Positions 1-13,829 of a DNA stretch of 64,000 nucleotides are shown here, piece by piece. A model generated the notes under the pieces. That model made no database searches. It was not told the origin of the DNA and saw nothing but the letters and a program-made list of their open reading frames with translations. The translations under genes were made by a program, and so were the position numbers. This stretch comes from the human T2T-CHM13v2.0 reference genome, Homo sapiens, in NCBI RefSeq assembly GCF_009914755.1, contig NC_060928.1, one strand, 5' to 3'. Each line of letters starts with the position of its first letter. Position 1 is the stretch's first letter.

Positions 1-1146
1 TATTTTTTCAATGCGTTAGATATAAAATTCCCAGAACACTGTCTTGCCAGGGCAGATAGTTCAACTCAGAGCTAAGTACTAAAATTTCTCATCTAATGAA
101 AGGTCTTGTTTTATTCTTAGAAGCTCAGTTCATAAGTGTCATTTTTTTAATTAATTGGAATTTTTATCCATATAACTAAAGAAGTAATATATGGGAGACA
201 ATATTTGTCTCATATGTCTAACACATGGTTGCTTATGACAGTGGCACTAATAATTGGCTTATAATTCCATAATTATTAAAATGGACTATCAATAGTTCAC
301 CCATGTTAGCATTACATATCTAGCAATCCTGTGACATATAAAATACACAGGACCTATGTAGTAGATTTTAAAAGCCCACTCACATAGAAAGAGAGCATAA
401 ACCACAGGTTTTTATGGGATTCAAAATCAACACTGAGAAGTAAAAACGTGTGGATCAAAATAGCTATAAACAGATGTGAGATTGTGGCTGTCCATACATA
501 ATAGTAGTTTTACAAAGAAATACTTACTCAACATTAAAAAAATTTATAAAGAAGAAAGTTACTGAGCTAATAGCTTCATGCTTCAAAGCAAAGAGAATTA
601 CTTCATAGTGAGAAATATGAAAAAAAAGAAGGACATAACATGAAACCAAGTACTTTGACAGAAAACAACATAAAATATAAATGTGGCAATATGGAAAAGA
701 TAACTTATGAAATCAGGAGAAGATGGGATAGAAACCTATGAAAATCACCCTTTCTATATTCTATATTTCAATAGTTTAAACCATCTTGTTTCCACTGCTG
801 CAAGATTTTTTATTATTTACAATGTGATGGAAAAGTAATTATTCCCTACTGTTTTATTATGTAGCTGGACATCCTCTTGCACACCCTACTTGTCCTCTCT
901 CTTTCTCCTGTCTTACACCTTCTGAGAGACATGATTGATTCATCGGAGTGAAGATTTTCAGAGGAGCTAAACAAATGTAACTCAACCCCTTCCTTCCATC
1001 CCTCTCATTCCCTCCCCTCATTTTCTCCCTTTTAAGATCTACCAGTCTGCAGAGATTAGTGCTTTGGGCTACCGTTGGCCAGACAAGAAAACTTACTGAT
1101 AAAGGAAAAATTCCTGGGAAAATTGATCTAAATTTGATGGATGTGA

Positions 1147-1541
<395 letters not shown>

Positions 1542-2182
1542 CAGAGGCTTTGACTGATACAAATTTCTGTCCAAACTACACCCATTCTAGTGTGATACAG
1601 CCAAGGCTACAACTGCAGAAAGAACCCCAACTCTTATATAGATCTTAGGATTTTTCTTGCTGAATTCAGCAAAAGAGAAAATGATATGGGACAAATTTTC
1701 AATTTAAATTTCTTGGAATATTAACTCAAAAGAGCAGGAGAATTAAAATGTAAACTTTAATTTCTTTAGATTTTGAGTTACAAAGCAATCTAAATGTAGG
1801 ATACTAACTCCCTCCATAAGAAGCTTACAGCCGGAGAAGATAGGTAATCAAATATAGGGAATCTAATTATTGGCAACATTTTTTTAGGGTAGCTTTACAT
1901 CATTTTTAACTTTATTTCAAAATCTCTAGTTGGCTATGTTGAACGATGAGGCTGCTAATAAATTGAGACCAGCATTTTAGTAGGTAGTGACTTTTGACAT
2001 ATAGTACAAAACACCTGTAGAATATAGTATAATAAATATAACATTATACCATTATAACTCATTGCAGAGTTTTCTAGGCTCAAAACCAATCTTGTCCAGA
2101 GTTTCATGTTATATTATGCTCCTCTTCAGGTTTCTTCCTGTGAAATAACCCCTTTTGGTTTAGAGCAACACGGAGCTATAGT

Positions 2183-2830
2183 ATTAGGGAAATATAATGA
2201 AAAATACAATATTCTCCCAGTCATGAAAACCTCTCCACAAAGTATAGAAGAAAAAGTTTCATAATTGAGTAAACATTAAGCCAGAATGTGAGCCTTATCA
2301 CAAGCAATTTGCTAAGAGATTTCAAGAACAGAAAGAAATCTCGCTCTTTTCTATAGCCGAGTAGAACAACCCATCACACATGTTTTCAAGATAGACAATA
2401 AAGAGTCGTCAAGTAAGATGAGTTGACGGCACCATTTGTCATCAAGATGACATTGGGGCAATCATCTGGGTTAACTAATTGAATTTATTGGGAAACAAAA
2501 CTTCTCAAATTTTTGGGACAGGATATAGTTTTACAATCTGGGGCAAGCTGCTCATAGAAGTTAGTCTCCTACCCTTCCACAGAAACTGGAAGATGGGGGT
2601 GCTATCTCCCTCAATATTTAAATGTTAAAAACATTCCTGGGTCACAAAGCTGACAAAAGGCCCTTCTTGTCTTCTACAGGATTTATATCCATACATACAT
2701 TTTAAAGAGAGGAAAAAGTCTTACAAGTTTTCTAAGGTAAATGCTATGGAGAAAAAGAAGGTGAGAGGAATCACTCTCTTATCTTTCGTAGGGAGATTAG
2801 CCTCTTATTCTTAATATGTATCTATTTTTA
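2183..2830 (-). mobile_element. Old solo LTR, MER76-like (ERVL group)
   Basis: Resembles the recalled MER76-type consensus (GAAAACCTCTCCACAAAG...GCTAAGAGATT...CAGAAAGAAATCTC...GCACCATTTGTCA); ends approximate. Confidence 0.5.
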
Positions 2831-4619
2831 GTAATTTTCTTCTGTATAATTCTTTCCAACTCTTAAACAATCGTTCCCTAAGAAAATTGCTGTAACATAG
2901 GGACACTCACAACTCAAATCCTTTTGTAGGTATTTCGTTCCACAGATTTTTACTTTTGGGGTTAGATTTTAAATCTTGTAATACTTATGGTAATTCCCTC
3001 TCTCTGGGTGAATGGGGTTAGAAAAACATAATACGTGACAGTGGCTCCAGGAGGCTCAGCAAAACAGCAAGCAAGCATTAGTTGGTGTGCAGGAGCAACG
3101 TCAAGGTAAGAGCAGTACCTCACTGATAAACTGGTATTCTGCTATGAGGGATAGCTTACTCCTAGTTGGCGAGACTAATTTTTTAAGCGTAATAGATAAA
3201 GAATATAACAAGATGGGACCTATTGGGAGGAAATGCTTTGTCACTGTATCTGACATTTCCTTTCACATACATGTCTCTATTGAGTCCTCTCTCATTACCC
3301 CCTAGAGAGGAAGTAACTTATTTAATTGCAGAGTGTTGTAATGCAACACTCTGAATCCTGTGAGCATACATGATTCATCTCTTTCCTCATTTTCACTTTG
3401 GATAAAACTGCTTCCAGGAACTGTGTGCTTCTGTCTGTTCTCGGCTGAGTGATAAGTTACACTTAGTTATAAAGTATCTACCCTCACTCCCAAAACAATT
3501 GTAGTCTAATGACTGTCTTGTAAATCTGCCTAATCCTTGGGTTCACCATTAGGAAACTCATTGAGTTAAGCTACCACACTCAACCAAGCTTTTGCTGCTA
3601 AAAATGCAGATTTTATTAAAAATGCAGATCTGCTTGACCACTACATTTCCCTCAGTTGCTTTTGACTTCAAAGGAGAAAGAAAAGAAAAACAGTGCATTT
3701 CTAAAGCACCAATAAATACTAGTATTGGTAAGTACCAGAATAGGCATAATGTAACTTGATTTCATATAAATCTGTTAAACATTTATAGTGGTCTCTGTTT
3801 TGCAATTGAGAAAACAGTTTCAAAAAGCGTAAGAAAATTATCTGAGGCTTTGTATCTGATAAATGCTTTTCTGACTCCAAAGACCACAATTTTTTAAATG
3901 TTACTATTATTTGAGCCATATTTCAAGGAATGTTTTATTCTTTCCTAATAACTCCTCAAGTGGAATTCTCTATTTCTTTTTTGAAACTACATAGTTCTTA
4001 GCTTCCTTTTTAGTACTATCTATACCATTATGACTTTTGCTTAAGTAACGTGTTCAGTCATGAGATTCTGTAAACCACCACCTTTTCTGAAACTCCAACA
4101 GCAGTCAACTATACTTGCATAATGCTATACACCTGGTAGGTGGAGAAAAACATGGTCATAAAATTAAATTCTTCCAAATCAAGACTAAGTCAGCCAGAAT
4201 GCAACAAAGCTTGACTATCAGACCAAGAGTTATGCTAACCTCCTTAATGATTATCAAATTGTTTAGAATAAAACCTCTTACAGCATGATTGACAATCCAC
4301 CAATCTAAGGAGACACACAGCAGTGTCATAAAGTTATATCTTACCAATTTGAAAATGTTTTTCTATAATATTTGGAGGCACATACTGAATTTTGAGATTG
4401 TTTTCTGCAAATAATCTATGTTCTGAAATACTATATAATTTGATGGAAATATAATAGTAAGACAAATGAAACTGATGAGGGAATATATATGATTTCTGAA
4501 ATAGCATATGGTATAGAAAACCAACACTGCCTTTTTATGTGAGTCACAAAGGCCTGAATCTCTGATGCCGTGGACATTGGCATTTTACTTACTCAACATG
4601 GAGGAATAAAAGAAACTAT

Positions 4620-4845
4620 CATTCTTGTGCATGAACCTCATGTGAAGTATTATGATAGACATTTTAAGTACTTTAACTTCTTTGATAATCTCAACAAACT
4701 TGAGACTTATCAACATGAAAGATAAACACTACCTCACTTACAGATGAGGAAATTGAAGGAAAAAATAAATGTAGTAATTTTTCAAACTTCATATACTATT
4801 GAATGGCTGAGCCCAAATGAAAGCTAAATCTGACTTACTCCAGAA
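4620..4845 (-). mobile_element. MIR SINE relic
   Basis: MIR core motif CTCACTTACAGATGAGGAAATTGAAG at ~4732-4758 and downstream GGCTGAGCC...AAATCTGACTTACTCCAGA. Confidence 0.65.
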
Positions 4846-5594
4846 ATTTTTTTATTGCAGATTATATCAGAAATATTGCATTCACTTATTCATTCTTGTA
4901 AATAAGACAAATTTGGGTCCTATTATGATGGAATTCAAAGTTTAAATATTTTTAAAATAAATACTTAAAAGTTATTTTATAAACAACCTTATACTTACAA
5001 TTATGAAGAGTATTTAAACATGTAGAAATTATGAGAGGACACAATCCAGTATACTAACAAAGTTCCCATTTAAATTGATATAAGAAAATTAGAGTCAACA
5101 AGATGAAGTTAAACAGTTGGGAAAAAAATAAAGACAGCATTTCCGGAAGAGGAAAATTATATGTGATGGTCCAGATATATGAGGGAGTTTGGTAAGTTAT
5201 TTTAATGGAAGGTCTGCCATGCTAGAGAATAGGGAGAGAGCAAACAATCCTTGGGTCTCTGCGGTTTTAAATGAAGGATATTTATTTCTCACACTCTACA
5301 TATATTGGTGTGTCCTCCATCCTCTAGATCATTAGTAATAAAAGTGACAAATTTTATATTTTGTGGTTTTCTAAAAAATGTTGCCTGAAAGTGACAAGGA
5401 TCTCATTTCATAGTACAAAGAAAGGTATGTGGCCATACCTAATTTATGAGAACAAAGACGTATAACTCTAAAATGTGCTAAGAAGGAATACTCACAAAGT
5501 GAATAAATGGGAATGCATGACTAGGGGAAAAGAATAACATGAAGTGAAGCTGGAGTTTTAGTGATGGAACAGGCTACCCTTTGCTTTGCAGGTA

Positions 5595-5665
5595 CTGGCT
5601 TACCTTGGATATATTGCAGGTTTCCTTCCAGACCACCACAACACAGAAAATATGGCAACAAACAT
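5595..5665 (-). mobile_element. Tigger1-type terminal fragment (TcMar DNA transposon)
   Basis: TA|CTGGCTTACCTTGGATATATTGCAGGTTTCCTTCCAGACCACC matches the Tigger1 end CAGGCATACCTCGGAGATATTGCGGGTTCGGTTCCAGACCACC. Confidence 0.7.
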
Positions 5666-5673
5666 GTATTTGC

Positions 5674-5675
<2 letters not shown>

Positions 5676-5705
<30 letters not shown>
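5676..5705. repeat. (TG)15 microsatellite
   Basis: Direct reading. Confidence 0.97.
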
Positions 5706-5706
<1 letters not shown>

Positions 5707-6349
5707 ATGCATGCACGCATACGTATGCAATACATTGGCATAATGGATTCTACAGCTCAAAACTAGGAATATCTTTGTGGCTCATAGGCTTTTATGCAGT
5801 AGAACGAGTCTTTAGGATTCTACACTGACAGCATCATTTTCCCAAAAGGAATCAGCCAGTTGAATTATTTCATGACTCAAATAAATGTTGGGACTGGAAT
5901 TGGCCTGGAGTCTAAATTAGTTGGTTGTATACCACCTTTCTTTCTACATGATTAGTTAAGCCAGACTTGAGTTCTTTTGGATATATATGATACATAAATA
6001 CAAAGTGGGATGATAAAGTAATGAATTTAGCTTTTATTTTAATTAATCATAATAAACATCAGTTTACCTGGAATCCACCAAGCACTGTGCTCAGAGTTTA
6101 GCATGTGAGGAAGACTAATTTGTATTTCTTGCTCCCTAGTACCTATCAGTTTAGTGACTTTGCCTTGTGAGATGCTAAATGGCTCTAAGGACGATTACAA
6201 GATACTACGGCAATGTTCACAGGCACTGGGGCTCAGTGGAGGCACTCAGAGCTGGAATGTTTGGATTCACACCCCTACTCTACCACCTATCAACTGCGAA
6301 TTTTGGCTAGTCCTTCTGTGCTTTAGTATGCCTGGGTAAAATACAGGTA

Positions 6350-6700
6350 CAGGAGTGCCTTGGAGATACTTGGGATTTAGTTCCAGATCACAGCAAAAAA
6401 AAAAAAAAATATTGCAATAAAGCAAGTCACACAATTGTTTTGGTTTCCCAGTATGTATAAAAGTCACAAAAGTTTATTAAGTGTGCAATAGCATTATGTC
6501 TAACAAATGTACATACCTTAATTTAAAATAATTCATTACTAAAATATGATACCACAGGGACATGAAATGAGTATGTACTGTTGGGAAAATGGCACTGATT
6601 GACTGGCTTGATGAGAGGTTGCCACAAACCTTTAATTTGTTAAAAATGCCAGATCTGCAAAGTACAATAAAGTGAAACACAATAACATGAGGTATGCCTG
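6350..6700 (-). mobile_element. Internally deleted non-autonomous Tigger1 derivative (~350 bp) inserted in a MIR relic
   Basis: Both ends present (CAGGAGTGCCTTGGAGATA... and ...ATGAGGTATGCCTG) with TA dinucleotides at 6348-6349 and 6701-6702; MIR-like sequence at 6240-6345. Confidence 0.85.
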
Positions 6701-6842
6701 TACTGTTTTAGCAATATAATGTTATCAAATTTTCATTTTAGGAGATGATTTTGGCTTCTTATATGAACAGACTGTTGGGGAATAGAAATAGAATCAAGGA
6801 GGCCAGTTAGGAGCCTACTATAAAGATAATTTGGAAAGATGA

Positions 6843-7540
6843 TGTAGGGAAATGTAAACTTTCCCTCTGAAGGTCTCATCATTGAGTTTACTGAAATAAA
6901 CTACAGATTAAAAGGAGAAAAGACACACAAATATATTAACATGCAAGTGCATGGGAATCCCACAAAGTAAGAAACTCAAAGAGCCAGATTATTGAAGCTT
7001 AAAACCCTTTTCTAAGGCAAAAGAAAGTGGAGAACATACGCAATTTTTGAAAAAGAGTAAATAATTTTTAGAGGAAATGAATAGGCTGGAAGAACAGACA
7101 ATGGCTTGAGACAAAGCTCCCCTTGGCTCCAGAGGAGCTAGTAAGGAGTTATGGTAACAAGGTGAGGGGTGGAATTGCACTTCAAAGTTTGTCTCATTAT
7201 GCAGACAAATTCTCAGGTAACAGCATTCAGAAGAATAGATAAAAAGTCTGTTCAGGCAGGCAGGATGATGATCTTTGGCTCTTTTTTCAGTGATTAATCT
7301 TTCCTGGTTCATGCAATTTCAGACCATGGAGTGAAGACAATTGTGTTTCTTTTGGAAGAATTTCCCTCAGTCAGATAAGGGAACTTCAGAGTCCTTCCTT
7401 ATACTGAAGGGAGAACCAAAGAAAGGTCAGAAACATCTTTATTCTGAGGCATCTTGTAAGGTTTTCCAATTTCTTTTAATTCAAAGTGTTCTGCATGCCA
7501 ATATGCCATACTTTGGGGTATGATTTTCTGAGCCCCAACA
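6843..7540 (-). mobile_element. Solo LTR, MER39/MER34-group ERV1
   Basis: TG...CA termini; minus strand starts TGTTGGGGCTCAGAAAATCATACCCCAAAGTATGGC, typical of this group; ~700 bp; interrupts L2-like sequence. Confidence 0.7.
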
Positions 7541-7559
7541 AGGATGTTAAATAACAGTG

Positions 7560-8100
7560 AAATGAGAAAAGTGAGCAGATAAGTAATCTCATTAGAGAGC
7601 AAGTAGAGTATTATAATTTATTGATTATGGATTAGGAATGAGAGACAGAAATGTCAATGTTCGTCTAAGTCTCCATCATGAATTATTAATTAAATGGTCA
7701 TGATATATTTCTTAGATGGGCAATATGAATGTATTAATAGATGAAAGTTTATAGGGATTAATTGAGAATTGAGAGTCAAACCTGTTTAATGTGAAGTTTT
7801 TCAAGAGACATCAAAATGAAGGTATTAAGTAAATAGCCAGGTCTATATGTCTAAAAGGGAGCTTACAAGAAAGATCTATGGTAGATATGTGGATATAAAA
7901 GTTGTTTGCATATATGGTATTTTCAACCATAAATAAAGAGAAATTCTTATTTAGACAAAAATTGTAGAGGAGGAGAAGTGCCAAAAGCAAACACCTTTGG
8001 CAATCCAACACAGAAAGGTCAATTTGATAAGAAAGAGCCAGCAAAGAATATTAAGAGGCAATCAAAGAAGGAGCACGAGAACCTACAGAAAATTCTGTCC
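7560..8100 (-). mobile_element. L2 LINE relic
   Basis: Degenerate purine-rich L2-like sequence; similar pieces at ~5020-5240 and 6720-6840. Confidence 0.5.
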
Positions 8101-9370
8101 CATTTCTCCACCCTAGGCATCAAATTTTAGAAGTCTCATGTTAACCCACGAATTGAAATCTGAACAATTATTTAGGGAAAGTTGAGAATTCAACTATCTC
8201 TTTACATTCCACCTTGTGATACTTTTAAGAAAAGGCAGGCAGTGGCATGTGTGTTTTGAAAGAAAGTGGGGGAAGAGAGAAACAAGCGATGCTGAACGGA
8301 AGATAAAAATGCTAGATTTCCCTTCTGCAATTCTCTACTCTATCTTAGTAATACATTCACATACAATCCCATACAAGTGTATATTATTATTTTTGCTAAT
8401 CTTTTGCACGCATTAACTGAAATGGAAGGGTTAAATATATTCAGTGCTCTTTGCGTTGCTCTCAGGGCTTAGATATAACACAATTTACAAAATCTAACTG
8501 AAAAAGGGAAAGATATGAAAATATTAAATGCTCTAATGGTTACCTTCCTAAGGCTTTGTGGGTGTTGTCGGCAAGATAACAGAAGAAGTATGATAGTTAA
8601 GAGTTATATTTTAAATTCTATAAAATACATCCATGGTATAGAATAAAAACTACTTAAGTTATCATTGAATTTATTTTGATGTAAAGCTAACACTGTGCCT
8701 AGAAGAGGGGTTGGTGTTATTTATTATTCTCTTTTCCAGACCTAGAATGAGGAGAGATGAAATTTAATTTAATATCACCAGTAGAAACCTGGCTATGGTT
8801 CAATATCTGGTGACAGCCTTGTATTCCTCATACTTTACAGACTGTATTAGTTCTTTCATAAAAAACATAGTGATTCACTGTGTGTTCAAAAAGATTAAAG
8901 GCAGTACAATTAGAATTATATTGTGCAATAATGCCTTACATCAGAGCATTGATGCACACAGACCAAGAAAGGATAATCTTTTATGTCATCAGTTACTGTG
9001 TACCCCAAATAGATTCTCAGCATTTACTGTACAGTTACTCTTTCATTCCCAAACAATTACCAGTAAGAAGTAGCAAGTAAGATTTCCAATTTCACTACAT
9101 GCCATACCTTGAACTATATAGGGCTGGTAAACCAGCTTGCTAGTTTTTGCTGGCTTTAATTTTTCAGAAATTAAACTGCTCCTTTGTTTGCAATATTACA
9201 CAAAGTGTACTTGAGCACATCTTATTTGTTGGTATTAAACAGGTCAGCACGTTTCCTAGGGAAGAGCAAATTTTGATGTTTGTCTTTTTCCCTGTGCTGC
9301 ATTCTGCATTGGTCAATGAGTAAGGGAAAATTACTGGGCTCTTCAGTAGGTTTCTAAAAAATACTAATGA

Positions 9371-9372
<2 letters not shown>

Positions 9373-9410
<38 letters not shown>
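9373..9410. repeat. (GT)19 microsatellite
   Basis: Direct reading. Confidence 0.97.
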
Positions 9411-9413
<3 letters not shown>

Positions 9414-10080
9414 AGATCTGTTTATAACCATTAGTGTCACCACTGAGGCATAGTTCCTCTCTTTGTTAGTGGAGAATATATTCATATTCTTGAGAATGCA
9501 TTCATATTAAATTAGTTTAAGGTAGTTTTTGTTTTTGCTTTTTAAATAAGTTGAGAAGTATGTAGTTCAAGGTAGGTAAGGAGAGCCATGATGCAGATCA
9601 GACACATCTGCTATGCATATGTTGCTTTCGCCTTTAAACTCACAGGAAGACTACTCCAATTTTGCAGCTTTATCTGTATGAAAAGTTTGAAGAAGTGGGT
9701 AAAGGGAAGAACAAGAAGCAAATGGTGGATGTCTGATGTCTGTTGAGTGTTTCTTTTTAAAAAAAATCTGATGTCCAATTCCAGAGTTGGTGGATTAAGC
9801 AATTCAGAGCATGCTTATACCTGCGGACAAGAAATGACAGTAGTATTAAAAAAAATAATTAAAAAAGACTTTTGCTTGAAAAATTGAGAACTGAAAAGAC
9901 AGAAAAGAATTATAAGGACAAGATATAAGAGAATTAAGAAACTCAGTGAAGACAGTTGGCTTTGGGGGACCACTTTTGCCCAGAAGCATCAGCAAAGACA
10001 GGCATCAGCTGAGAAGCTTACCAGCGCTGGGACTGGATTGACAAATACTTGAGTTCAGGGCGCATCAGGGGAAAAGGCAT

Positions 10081-10735
10081 TGTCATTGTCCATTTTGTGC
10101 TGCTATCACATAATAACACAGATGCAGCAATTTATAAAGAACAGAAATTTATTTCTCACAGTTCTGGAGACTGGAAAGTCCAAGATCAAGCTGCCAGCAT
10201 CTAATCTGGGCCTTCTGGCTGCAATGGCAGAAGGCAAGGGGGCAAGCAGAGAGAGAGAAAAGGGAACCTTTTATCACAAACACACTCCCACAATAATGGC
10301 ACTGATCTATTCTTGATGCTGAAGCCCTCCTGGGCTAATCACCTCTTAAAGGTCTCACTTCTAAGTAGTATTACAATGGCAATCAAATTTCAACTCGATA
10401 TTGTTTTTCTTTTGAGATGTGTCTCAATTTGTTGCCCAGGCTGGAGTGCAGAGGCCTGATCTTGGCTCATCACAACCTCCACCTCCTGGGTTCAAGCGAT
10501 TCTCTGTCTCAGCCTCCCGAGTAGCTCGGACTACAGGCATGTGCCAACACACCTGGCAAATTTTTTTATTTTTAGTAGAGACAGGGTTTCACCATATTTG
10601 TCAGGCTGGTCTCTAACTCCTGACCTCAGATGATCCACCCACCTCGGCCTCCCAAACTACTGGGATTACAGGCATGAGCCACCCCGCCCGGCCTCAACTC
10701 GAGTTCTGAAGAGGACAAACATTCAAATCATAGCA
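10081..10735 (-). mobile_element. MaLR solo LTR (MST/MLT1A-type) interrupted by an Alu
   Basis: TGTCA...TAGCA termini; motif AACAGAAATTTATTTCTCACAGTTCTGGAGACTGGAAAGTCCAAGATCAAG; 5-bp TSD GGCAT (10076-80) / GGCAC (10736-40). Confidence 0.85.
10399..10693 (-). mobile_element. Alu SINE (AluS-like)
   Basis: Alu body on the minus strand; TSD TCAACTCGA at 10390-10398 and 10694-10702. Confidence 0.96.
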
Positions 10736-10889
10736 GGCACTAAAAAGCCCCTAGGACTTTGGATTTGAATCCCAAGTGGTTATTTCATAGGAATAAGGGA
10801 AGTCTTTGGAAGGACTAGCTCCAGTAGAAATTTAAACTCAGCTTCCAGGCATCTCAGAGTCTAATTAAATTAAATGAGCCGGATTCATT

Positions 10890-11165
10890 CTTTACAACCA
10901 GTTTAGTTGGGTGTGGCCATAGACCTTGCTTTTAACAAAGAAACACAAGTAAAAATGTTGTCTATCTTTCTAGGCAGAAATTTACATAGTCAGTACAGGG
11001 CTTGCTTCCTTTGTGTGCTAATTTCATGGGACTAGCAACATTGCAAATAGTGTTTGCATGTTCAGCTGCCACCAAGTGAGGACCTTAGAGCAAAAGCTTC
11101 AGTCATACCACAATGGATATGTAGATGTGTTGTTTTAAGCCACTGAGATTTGAAGGTATTCTTAG
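10890..11165 (+). mobile_element. Old MaLR LTR fragment (MLT1H-K-like)
   Basis: GTTGGGTGTGGCCAT... and TGTTGTTTTAAGCCACTGAGATTTG motifs. Confidence 0.5.
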
Positions 11166-11330
11166 TGTTTCAGTTAGGATATTATTTCAAGATTTCTGTG
11201 GATTTCAAAATTTTTATAATAAATTTTTTAAAATGTAATTCCAGAAATCCAACCAAGAAAGTTCCACCTTATATTTTATTGGCTATTCAAGCTTGGTGTA
11301 GGAGCATGGAGGGGATTTTGACTTAGATAA

Positions 11331-11825
11331 TGTAGGGGTGAAAGAGTAATATCTTCTCGTCACCCATAGCGCTGCCACCCTAATACCAAAAGATAGATTA
11401 ATGTGAGAAAAATATTTAAATTCATTTAATGTAAGTTTTATGTGACATGAGAGCCTTCAGGAATGAAGGCAGGGAAAACTATATTCCTATTCTTAGGTTT
11501 GATGACGAGTGGACAGTCATACAGAAGTATGACTGGACAAAATAGGGTACCATCAAATGGCAATAAACTGGAGGAAACTTAGCAAGGCCTATTTGTTCAT
11601 ATTCTTCTCCATCTCTTTGTCTCTTCATTCCTTTCCTCCAGGTATAACGAGGGCACTGCTGGAATGAAGGTATTATGGTCTACTTTAGAGGAAGGTCAGA
11701 GAATTATCTTATGGCCTGCTTCAAGGGCAAAAGCTAGAAAAAGGTCAGAGAAACCACCCTGCTTCTGCTATTTTCTCATATGCCAAGATGCTCTATTTTG
11801 GAGTAGTAGGTCCTAAACCCTGTCA
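11331..11825 (-). mobile_element. Solo LTR, MER34/MER31-group ERV1
   Basis: TG...CA termini; minus strand starts TGACAGGGTTTAGGACCTACTACTCCAAAATAG...TTGGCATA; same architecture as the LTR at 6843-7540. Confidence 0.65.
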
Positions 11826-12679
11826 GTACATTGCCACCTTAAGCAAAATCAGAGTTGTTCTTAGTAATGAGTAAGGGAGGGCAGACATAGATTAGCAACT
11901 AACAGCACCTGTCAGTACCACTCTTTTAGCTAACCAATTTTCACATGTAATCTTCTTTCCATAAAAGAGACAGCCTCACCCCTTGTCAAATAGTATGACT
12001 CCAAAATCTCGTTCTGCTTCAGTGTCTACCTTAAAGCACAGGATTTTAAGGTTATGACAAATCCTCTCCATCTGAAGCCATTAGTTGTAGTTCATCATGA
12101 TACAAAGATCTATAAACTAAAAATTATCTGCTGATATCATAGCTAATGTACACTACTGGAAAACAGCACCCACGATATAAAACAAAATTTTTCAAAAAAG
12201 TAAACACATAATGAGAAACATACAATAATTGTAAAAAATGCAAACAGCAAATACTGCAAGGCAGAAATAGTGAAGGCTTGCTGCCATATAGTGGCATCAA
12301 TTCCTGGATTATGTAATTCAACAGTCCTCGGTTCTGTTCCCTGGAATAATTCCCCTTGTCCATTGGTCTCACATCCCAGTACTGATTGCTAAGTAGATAT
12401 TAGTCTTTATATTTCATGGCACTAACTCAGATGGGAATCTGGAAACATGCATTTTCTGGGTGTACAAGAACTTCCATAGTTCACTGCCTATGAGTATAAA
12501 CTAGAGGAATTGGGAATATGACTAGCTAGACCTGAGTTTTCTTTGCCAATGCAGACCCCTGCAGTTAAATTGACTCTCAGCTTCTTGGTTTATATTCATG
12601 TGGACAAACCAGTAATAACAATTTCAGCTTTTACATTTTGACCAACCCCATCCCTTAACTTACATAGGAATCATGACCC

Positions 12680-13805
12680 AAAAGAGAGGTGAAAAAAATC
12701 TGGGAGAAAATTATTCAAATGAACTATAATAAAGGGAGACTAAACACACCAGATTTAAAACATATTATAAAGCCTCAGTAATCAAATCAAAATGGTAGTG
12801 ATTTACGAATAGGCAGCTAAATGAAATAGAATTGAATACAAAGTCCAGAAGCAGAAACAAATACCTAGTGAAACTTAGTATATGATAAATATAGGACCTC
12901 AATACAGTGGGTGTAGAGACGTATGTTTTCATAAACAGTGAAGGGCAACTAGGCAGTGATTTATAAAAGTTAATGGTAAATCCATACCTGATTGTGCATC
13001 AGAATAGGTCCAAATGTATCAAATACTTAAATGTAAAAACGTGAAACTACTCAATTAAAGCACCAAGATTCCTTTGTAAATGTGGGGCAGGGAGGTTTTT
13101 GCAGGCAATATTCCAAATCTGAGAGCTGTTAAAAGACAGACTGATAAATTCAATTACATTAAAAAAGAAATGAAAATGAGGAAAATACCTAAGGCAGGAC
13201 AAGAAAGATCAATGACAAAATAAACCTATTGACCTTGGAGGGAAATATTTGAAATGCTTATCATAAAAGTATGTTTTCTAATATGAAAGAGCTCTTAAAA
13301 ATTGAGGAAAAATAGAAAAGTTAAACAGAAAAATGGGCAAACCTCGTGAACAAACATTTTATATTAAAACAAAAAAACCTTATGAGTGACACTGAAACAT
13401 GTGTAAAAAATGCTTAATGGAACTTGCGATAAATGAAACATGCAGCTCCACTGGGATGCCACGTTACACTCTAGGATATTGGCAAATATCCAAAAATTTG
13501 ACAAAGTACTCATTTAATGACTCTATAGAGAAGTAGACTTTCTCACACATTGCTGATGGGGGATTCAAAATGGGACAACTTCACATAGAGAACAATTTTG
13601 CATCATCTGACAAAATTACAAAAGCATTTATACATTTACTTAGCAATTTCCCTTCTAGCCAGGAATCTAGCCAGCAGATATATCTGCACACCTGAAAAAT
13701 AATGTATGCAAAAATTCCATTCTGTGTGATTGCTTGTAATAGCCAAACATGAAAACAACTAGAGTGCCCATCAATAGAAAATGGTTAAATAACAATTGCA
13801 TATCC
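12680..13805 (+). mobile_element. Ancient L1M fragment (3' part of ORF2)
   Basis: Degenerate ORF2 C-terminal DNA (CCAGATTTAAAACATATTATAAAGC...; GAAAAATGGGCAAA...; CCCATCAATAGAAAATGGTTAAATAA). Confidence 0.8.
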
Positions 13806-13829
13806 TGTTATGTCTAATTGTTCATTAAT

